A program made the position numbers and the translations under genes. The notes under the pieces were generated by a model, which saw nothing but the letters and a program-made list of their open reading frames with translations, did no database searches and was not told where the DNA came from. A stretch of 32,000 nt of DNA, taken from assembly GCA_002713205.1 (NCBI GenBank), contig PAVW01000006.1, forward strand, positions 39,180 through 71,179. Reading direction: 5' to 3'. The first letter of the stretch is position 1, and every line of letters starts with the position of its first letter. Source of the DNA: Nitrososphaerota archaeon (GTDB taxonomy: Archaea; Thermoproteota; Nitrososphaeria; Nitrososphaerales; UBA57). Below, piece by piece: positions 26,300-32,000 of the stretch.

Positions 26300-26968
26300 T
26301 TACTTGTTATTATTTAGTATTTTTTCTACATATGCGGCAATTAATCCACCCAGAATCGGACCTATCCAGTATAAATGGTGGCTTTGTAATGAATTCTCTA
26401 AGCCATAATAATATGAAATTATTGCAGGGCCAAATGATCTAGCAGGATTCATAGACGCGCCAGTTATAGGACCACCTGCAAATATATCTACAGTTATTAT
26501 CAACCCAATTGCAAAACCATGCCATCCAACTGGAGCTTTTTTGCTAACTGCAGTACTAAAGATTACGAATACAAGAAAGAATGTTAAGATAATTTCCAAG
26601 ATCAATATATTAAGGTCAGAAACACCAAGTGCAGGTAAATTAGAACCAAAATTTACCTTAGAACCCATGGGAAATAAGAAAGCATGAGCGATAGCAGCTA
26701 TAACTCCGGCTGTGAGTTGAGTTAACATATATGCAATACCAGTTTGCATATCAATTGTTTTTCTATATAGCATAGCTATAGTGACTGCAGGATTAAAATG
26801 GGCGCCAGATATGTGTCCGACAGAATAAATCATTATTGCAATTACTAGACCATGTGTTAAAGCTACTGCAGTAATTGAACCTCCAGTTGCAATAGCTAAA
26901 GTACCAAAGAAAACAAGTGCGAAAGTGCCGAGAAATTCGGCAAGACAAGCACGGTAATTAACAGACAT
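26300..26968 (-). CDS. MIP-family channel (aquaporin/AqpM-like)
   Basis: Two NPA boxes (HFNPAVT and SMNPARS), six TM helices, 222 aa. The ATG is 10 nt after the sodN stop. Confidence 0.9.
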   Translation of the reverse strand: MSVNYRACLAEFLGTFALVFFGTLAIATGGSITAVALTHGLVIAIMIYSVGHISGAHFNPAVTIAMLYRKTIDMQTGIAYMLTQLTAGVIAAIAHAFLFPMGSKVNFGSNLPALGVSDLNILILEIILTFFLVFVIFSTAVSKKAPVGWHGFAIGLIITVDIFAGGPITGASMNPARSFGPAIISYYYGLENSLQSHHLYWIGPILGGLIAAYVEKILNNNK

Positions 26969-26978
26969 TTAAGATCAT

Positions 26979-27503
26979 TTATTTAGGTAGTGGATATACT
27001 AATTCGCCACCAGATGCTTGTAATGAAGGTTGTCGTTGTGTTTTAGCACCTTTTGTAGTCCAAAATATTTCAGCAATCTTTCTTACAGATTCGAGAAGTT
27101 CTTCTGCAGCTTCGAGACCTACTTGTTGTCGCGTCTTTGATGAAATTTTCATTGTCTTCCAAAACAAATCATGCAAATCAGGATATTTTTCAAGATGTTC
27201 AGGTTTAAAATAATCAGCCCATATAATTCGTAATTCATTTTTACAACTTTCTGCGTGTGATTCTTTCACAGCCATGTATCGAGCTAATTTTGTTTGTCTT
27301 TGATGATCATCAGGTTCATCTGCAAGAGCATTGATAAGTTGATTCATACGCACAACAGTCAGTGCATCTAATTGAGCCCTATGTGGGTCATAGATACCAC
27401 ATGGAATATCACAGTGTGCATACGCATATTTTATCGGGTATAAAATATTAAAAAATTTATTTTTAATGAACTGAATATTCATAACAATTAATTCAATATA
27501 CAT
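26979..27503 (-). CDS. sodN: Nickel superoxide dismutase precursor (Ni-SOD)
   Basis: Ni-hook motif HCDIPCGIYDP (His codon at 27416..27414), preceded by a leader ending ...KYAYA that must be removed to expose His1. Four-helix-bundle length. The true start may be the ATG at 27482 (MNIQF...). Confidence 0.9.
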   Translation of the reverse strand: MYIELIVMNIQFIKNKFFNILYPIKYAYAHCDIPCGIYDPHRAQLDALTVVRMNQLINALADEPDDHQRQTKLARYMAVKESHAESCKNELRIIWADYFKPEHLEKYPDLHDLFWKTMKISSKTRQQVGLEAAEELLESVRKIAEIFWTTKGAKTQRQPSLQASGGELVYPLPK

Positions 27504-27541
27504 ACTTTAAAATTTAACTATGAATAAAAAAGAATCGGAAT

Positions 27542-27982
27542 ATGGACGTTTTAAGAATATTAAACGCCGCATTTTTTCCTATTTATTATATAACTGCAAA
27601 GAGATTTTTAGTAATTGGGCATTGTATGGAACCAGAATTAAGAGAAGGCGAATCTGTATTTATTAATAAGATATATTACAAATTGAATAAAATTCAACGA
27701 AATGATATAATCGGTATAAAGAATAACCATAAAGTTGAAATTAAAAGGATTGTAGGTATGCCAAACGATATAATATCGATCTCAGGAAATTTGATACTAG
27801 TAAATGGAAAAAAAATCAAAGAGAATCATAAAGAACAAGCTCAGAACAATGTTCAAAAATTAGAAGTGAAATTAGGAAAAGAAGAATATTATGTATTAGG
27901 AGATGACTATTGTCCAAAATGTATAGATTCAAGAAAATATGGTCCAATAACAAAAAAGCAAATAATAGGCAAAGTGTTATAG
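27542..27982 (+). CDS. sodX: S26-family signal-peptidase-like protease, SodX-like Ni-SOD maturation peptidase, with Cys at the nucleophile position
   Basis: S26 boxes: box B is GHCMEPEL (canonical SxSMxPTL), box C-like is RNDIIGI, box D is KRIVGMPND, box E is GDDYCPKCIDSRKYGPI. Divergent to sodN, as in known sodN-sodX pairs. Confidence 0.75.
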   Translation: MDVLRILNAAFFPIYYITAKRFLVIGHCMEPELREGESVFINKIYYKLNKIQRNDIIGIKNNHKVEIKRIVGMPNDIISISGNLILVNGKKIKENHKEQAQNNVQKLEVKLGKEEYYVLGDDYCPKCIDSRKYGPITKKQIIGKVL

Positions 27983-27991
27983 TAATAGAAA

Positions 27992-28807
27992 TTGCAGAAA
28001 AAATTATCGCATTCACTGGTAACAAACGATAAATATGAAATAGAAATACCAATAATTGGACTTGGTGTATGGGGCATGTCTAAAAACAAGACAGAAAATG
28101 CAGTAAAATCAGCAATTAATACATGGTACAAACATATAGACACTGCACAAATTTATAAGAATGAAGAACAGGTAGGAAAAGCAGTAAAAGAAAGAAAGGA
28201 TATTTTTATTACTACAAAGTTATGGGAAAGTAATTTTGGATATGAAAAAACAATAGAAGCTTGTGAAAGAAGTTTATCTAAATTAAATAGAATCGATTTA
28301 TTTTTAGTACACTCTCCTCATAAACCAAAATTACGAAAAGAAACATGGGAGGCAATGCAATATCTATTAAAAAACAAATATGTCAAAGCAATAGGAGTTT
28401 CAAATTTTGGAATACATCATATTAAAGAAATATTATCATGGGCAGAAATTGGTCCTTGTATAAACCAAATAGAATTATCGCCATTCCTCCAGAGAACTGA
28501 ATTAGTTAATTTCTGTAAAGCAAATGGAATATCTACAACAGCTTACAGTCCACTAACTCATGGAATAAAGATAAATGATAAAAAATTAAAAAAGATATCA
28601 GAACGATATAAAAGGACATCAGCTCAAATTTTAATTAGATGGAGTATACAAAAAGGAAATATAGCAATACCAAAATCATCTAATAAAAACCGAATCGAAG
28701 AGAATTTTGATGTATTTAATTTTAAGATAAAAAATAAGGATATGGAATTATTAGATGAATTCGAACAAGAATTTATAACATCGTGGAATCCAACAATAGA
28801 ACCATAA
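27992..28807 (+). CDS. Aldo/keto reductase (2,5-diketo-D-gluconate reductase-like)
   Basis: IPIIGLGVWGM, HIDTAQIYKNE, ITTKLW, LFLVHSP, GVSNF and IAIPKSSNKNRIEEN are the catalytic tetrad and signature regions of the AKR family. TTG start. Confidence 0.85.
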   Translation: MQKKLSHSLVTNDKYEIEIPIIGLGVWGMSKNKTENAVKSAINTWYKHIDTAQIYKNEEQVGKAVKERKDIFITTKLWESNFGYEKTIEACERSLSKLNRIDLFLVHSPHKPKLRKETWEAMQYLLKNKYVKAIGVSNFGIHHIKEILSWAEIGPCINQIELSPFLQRTELVNFCKANGISTTAYSPLTHGIKINDKKLKKISERYKRTSAQILIRWSIQKGNIAIPKSSNKNRIEENFDVFNFKIKNKDMELLDEFEQEFITSWNPTIEP

Positions 28808-28868
28808 TATTTTGCAAACAACCACATATCCATTATATTTAATACGAGTTTTTGACATGAAATTTTAT

Positions 28869-28953
28869 GCGGGGGTCGCCCAGCCCGGTCAAAGGCGTAG
28901 GATTTAGGCTCCTATCTCTCAGGAGTTCGTGGGTTCAAATCCCACCTCCCGCA
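28869..28953 (+). tRNA. tRNA-Leu(UAG): tRNA-Leu, anticodon UAG (class II, long variable arm), no intron, CCA not encoded
   Basis: Folded by hand. The acceptor stem is GCGGGGG/CTCCCGC (one G-U pair) with discriminator A. The anticodon stem is TAGGA/TCCTA with loop TTTAGGC (anticodon at 28905..28907). The variable arm is about 14 nt. The T arm is GTGGG-TTCAAAT-CCCAC. A T-rich tract follows. Confidence 0.9.
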
Positions 28954-29036
28954 TTTATTTAATATTTTTTCAATGTGTAAAAATAACTTTGAATACAGAA
29001 CATTTATTCAAGAGAATCACGAGTAAATTCTAGACA

Positions 29037-30290
29037 TTGAAAATATTTGATATAATGGGATATTCAACTAGAGCGATTAGAGAAAGAAAATTGAGATCAG
29101 GACTTACAATTTTAATGGTCCTATTAGGGGCAATGTTATTGACAGGATTAAACGGTTTAGGTGGAGGTTTTAGTTATAATATTGAAAAAGAATTCGAAGC
29201 GTTAGCACCAGATGTAATTACATTAACTAGATCACCAATAATAAGTGGACCTGGTGAGGATCCAGATGAACCAGACCCTGCCCCACCAGTTGAATTAAAC
29301 TTAGAAACATTAAAGAGTGTAAGGAGAATAGAAGGAGTAATCGAAGTCATACCAAGTTTTAGAGAAGGTTTACAAATAGAATATGCTGGAAAATCACAAA
29401 CAACATCTATAATTGGAATAAATCCACAAAAATTAACTTTTGTACTACCAGGATTAACTTTTCTCGAAGGAGGTTTTACAGAGCCAAATGATCCGACTGG
29501 GATACTATTAGGATTCACAGTTGCATATCCAGGTGGATTAGATTCAGAACCATTTGCTCAGGTTGGAAATTTAGTTTGTGCAAAATCAGCAAAGCAGGAA
29601 GTAATTGGTGGTGTTGAGAAAGTTGTAATGGATAAACAATGTTTTGTAGTACGCGGAATAATTGATGAAACAGGAACTGTATTTTACGATCAATCAGTAT
29701 CAATACCATTGATGTCAGCAAATAGTTATCTAGATAAGAAGAACATATATGACCAAATTTTTGTAGTCGTAGATAAAGAAATTGGAAATGATAAAGTAGT
29801 TGAAGGAATACGAGAAGTATATGGAGAAGGAATGGGAATTACAACACCTGCACAAATACAAGAAACAATTCAGGGGTTTGTGGCAAGTTTCAATATTTTC
29901 CTTAGTAGTATAGGATTCATATCTTTAATTGTAGGAGGAGTAGGAATAGTTACAACATTATATACGTCAGTAACTGAAAGAACAAAAGAACTGGGAACAC
30001 TCAAGGCATTAGGAGCAACAAATACAAATATTATACTCTTAATTCTCTTTGAAGCAGTAATAATAGGAATAATTGGAGCATCTACTGGTCTTGTGGCAGG
30101 AATTGGTATGGGATGGGCGTTAACCCAGTATGGTTTTGGAGCCCAATTTGGGGATCTAGTTCCTATTTTTCTCAGAGAACAGTTAATTGAGGTCTGGCTT
30201 TTGGCAGTTACTTTGAGCATACTCGCAGGAGCATATCCTGCTTGGAGAGCAGCAAAAATGACACCGATGGCTGCGTTAAGAAGAGATTAA
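29037..30290 (+). CDS. ABC-transporter permease of the FtsX/MacB (LolCE-like) family
   Basis: N-terminal TM helix, an extracytoplasmic MacB-like core domain of about 250 aa, then three C-terminal FtsX TM helices ending AGAYPAWRAAKMTPMAALRRD. TTG start, with an alternative ATG at 29055. Confidence 0.8.
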   Translation: MKIFDIMGYSTRAIRERKLRSGLTILMVLLGAMLLTGLNGLGGGFSYNIEKEFEALAPDVITLTRSPIISGPGEDPDEPDPAPPVELNLETLKSVRRIEGVIEVIPSFREGLQIEYAGKSQTTSIIGINPQKLTFVLPGLTFLEGGFTEPNDPTGILLGFTVAYPGGLDSEPFAQVGNLVCAKSAKQEVIGGVEKVVMDKQCFVVRGIIDETGTVFYDQSVSIPLMSANSYLDKKNIYDQIFVVVDKEIGNDKVVEGIREVYGEGMGITTPAQIQETIQGFVASFNIFLSSIGFISLIVGGVGIVTTLYTSVTERTKELGTLKALGATNTNIILLILFEAVIIGIIGASTGLVAGIGMGWALTQYGFGAQFGDLVPIFLREQLIEVWLLAVTLSILAGAYPAWRAAKMTPMAALRRD

Positions 30291-30294
30291 ATTA

Positions 30295-32000
30295 TTACTT
30301 TTTTGTAGAAGGTTTCACGGTATTCTTCAAAGTCTGTTGAATTCTATTCCCTAGTCCAGTATATGATATGAATAAAATCAATGTAATAAGGAAAATAACT
30401 ATCAATGCTAAAACTACTTTTGTAGATAATAGAACTATTAGAGACACAGCATTTTTTGAATCATTATCTACATAACCATTAATTTCATCAAAAAAATTCA
30501 TATGACTAACTTTAGCAGAATAAACTCCCATAGGAACTAGTTCAAACGTAACTGTTCCACGTAAATCAGTTAATTGAGATATTTTTAGATTATTAGGCAT
30601 GGTAAGAATTACAGTGGCATTTTCAATAGGGTATCCAATAGAATCAACTACCTCAAAGGAAAGATTATATAAATCAAGAGGAATGGTCCATGTTTTGCCA
30701 GGTTCTGGTACAAAATTTAAAGCGTTAACGGGCAAATAATCAGATCCTTGATATTTTACATTATTCAATCGAATTATTCCATCAGGGATCCAAATATCAG
30801 AAAATGAATTCAGAGTAATCAAGTTTCCAGTTACATCAACAATTTCTATTAATGAAGGTTTATCAGGTAATAGTATTTTTCCTTCTGCATCAGTGAATGC
30901 AATAGATATAGTCATTAATCTTGAATAAGTGACACTAACTAGTTTTGGAGAATTAAATATTGCAGTGGTAGAATCATATGTCAGCCATTTTTCTCCTGGT
31001 TTACCATATACTTCATTTTCAATTTTTAAGGAACTTCCATAATCAACCCATTCTGACCAAACTGAAGAAGAAGAAGCTGTTTTTTGTAATCCCTGGATTT
31101 GATATTTAATGGTGGTTGGATAATTATCCAATAAACCTCTTATAATTACTGTAGGTTTAACTTGATGGGAATATTCAATAATTATTGGATTTGAATCAAC
31201 AGACCAAGAATTTGTATTAATAACAAATCGTTGATCGTCTTCTGTTGATTGAATTATTGGAGATATTATGAAGTCAGAACTATCATCAAGCCATAAGTTC
31301 AGATCATTACCAATTAATTTATGAATTTCATCTCCAAAAGAACGGTATGTAACGGGAATAGATCTATCTACGTTATGTGTGATAGAAACTAGCCATTGAT
31401 GGTGATATTCTATTAAGGCGTCAACAGGTTGGTTAGTTTGAATTACTACTTCATCGGTAGTAATAAAACGTTCATTACTAGAAATGTCTATAATCCTTGG
31501 AAGTACTACAGACCTACTTTCATCTATCCAGTCACTCCATAAATTAGTAAATGAAGCAGTATGTATTTTACCATCAGCAGAAAATGACAACTCTAATGGA
31601 ATATTATTCTCGATTCCTGACGTTCTTATAGTAGAAAGATACTGATGGAAATAATATAATTCGAGTTCTTCTGTTTGAACTATTGTGAATCTTACATCTT
31701 CGCCTGAATGAAATCGTTCAACTGAATCAATCATAATAGTTTTGTCAAAATTTAATGTACTACCTTCATCTACCCACATAAACCAATTATTTACTACTTC
31801 TTCAGTATGAGTATTACCAAGAAAATCCCAAGTTACATTAGCAGGATAAACTGAGTTTAACCCTTCGACAGAAACATCAACAAAATAAGTAGTACCAATA
31901 AAATCGAGATCGTGATTAGTTTCTAAAGTATATAGTGCTGTATCATCAGTAACAATATCAAAAGCCATAACTGCAACTGTGTAATAACCTGGAGGTACAT
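30295..32000 (-). CDS. Large cell-surface protein: tandem beta-rich repeats of about 80 aa, a carboxypeptidase-regulatory-like domain, a C-terminal TM anchor and a basic tail. Probably 5'-truncated by the window edge.
   Basis: The track ORF starts at 31968, but the frame stays open to 32000 (..VPPGYYTVAV-MAFDIV..). Repeats are marked by W..W[VIL]D..S at W62, W144, W226 and W304. The C-terminal region NATVILTMPNN...GTVTFELVPMGVYSAKVSH is followed by a TM helix (VVLALIVIFLITLILFISY) and K-rich end. Confidence 0.7.
   Translation of the reverse strand, partial: VPPGYYTVAVMAFDIVTDDTALYTLETNHDLDFIGTTYFVDVSVEGLNSVYPANVTWDFLGNTHTEEVVNNWFMWVDEGSTLNFDKTIMIDSVERFHSGEDVRFTIVQTEELELYYFHQYLSTIRTSGIENNIPLELSFSADGKIHTASFTNLWSDWIDESRSVVLPRIIDISSNERFITTDEVVIQTNQPVDALIEYHHQWLVSITHNVDRSIPVTYRSFGDEIHKLIGNDLNLWLDDSSDFIISPIIQSTEDDQRFVINTNSWSVDSNPIIIEYSHQVKPTVIIRGLLDNYPTTIKYQIQGLQKTASSSSVWSEWVDYGSSLKIENEVYGKPGEKWLTYDSTTAIFNSPKLVSVTYSRLMTISIAFTDAEGKILLPDKPSLIEIVDVTGNLITLNSFSDIWIPDGIIRLNNVKYQGSDYLPVNALNFVPEPGKTWTIPLDLYNLSFEVVDSIGYPIENATVILTMPNNLKISQLTDLRGTVTFELVPMGVYSAKVSHMNFFDEINGYVDNDSKNAVSLIVLLSTKVVLALIVIFLITLILFISYTGLGNRIQQTLKNTVKPSTKK

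Noticed and set aside
27520-27660. Alternative-frame ATG ORF (about 46 codons, starting ATGAATAAAAAAGAATCG) overlapping the sodX-like start
   Set aside because: It is out of frame with the S26 motifs and has no recognisable features. Its product is basic and low-complexity, so it is probably chance.
27816-28143. Track ORFs 27816..28052(-), 27907..28143(-) and 28624..28833(-)
   Set aside because: They lie antisense to the sodX-like and aldo/keto reductase genes and are shadow ORFs.
29174-30220. Track ORFs 29174..29518(-), 29515..29721(-) and 29870..30220(-)
   Set aside because: They lie antisense to the FtsX/MacB-type permease gene, whose frame shows the family's characteristic C-terminus.
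1-32000. Searched by eye for CRISPR arrays, IS elements and terminal inverted repeats, integrase or transposase genes, rRNA genes, toxin-antitoxin pairs and known defence-system signatures
   Set aside because: I found no direct-repeat/spacer periodicity, no transposase- or integrase-like ORFs and no rRNA-like sequence. The only tRNA (28869..28953) has no adjacent integrase or duplicated 3' half that would mark an integrated element.

Overview
The window is a strongly AT-rich, very gene-dense chromosomal segment. Genes often abut or overlap by a few nucleotides. I found no rRNA, CRISPR array, transposase or integrase.

Gene content is archaeal. It includes archaeal DnaG, Pelota, ribosomal proteins L10e and L21e, RNA polymerase subunit Rpo4/F, and a DUF655-KsgA block. 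Aerobic metabolic genes are also present: mitochondrial-type aconitase, malic enzyme and Ni-SOD. My inference is a free-living, ammonia-oxidiser-like thaumarchaeon (Nitrosopumilales-like). I could not verify that by search.

Most of the window (about 6.1-30.3 kb) is housekeeping:
- central metabolism
- an Lhr-like helicase coupled to a DHH phosphoesterase
- tRNA and rRNA modification enzymes
- a conserved rpoF-rpl21e-DUF655-ksgA translation/transcription cluster
- a sodN-MIP channel operon with a divergent sodX-like peptidase
- one tRNA-Leu(UAG)
- an FtsX/MacB-type permease

The standout locus is at the left edge (1..6007, minus strand). It is a tight three-gene cassette:
1. A bitopic membrane protein with an extracellular beta-rich domain and a short cytoplasmic coiled-coil tail.
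2. A 901-aa FtsZ/tubulin-superfamily GTPase with T1, T3, T4 and T7 motifs present. About 430 aa of coiled coil appears to be inserted into the FtsZ fold.
3. A large polytopic membrane protein with a helical cytoplasmic domain. It is absent from the supplied ORF track because it runs off the window and lacks an ATG start.

I interpret the cassette as an uncharacterised membrane-anchored cytomotive or membrane-remodelling module. All functional calls come from reading motifs by eye; no database searches were run.
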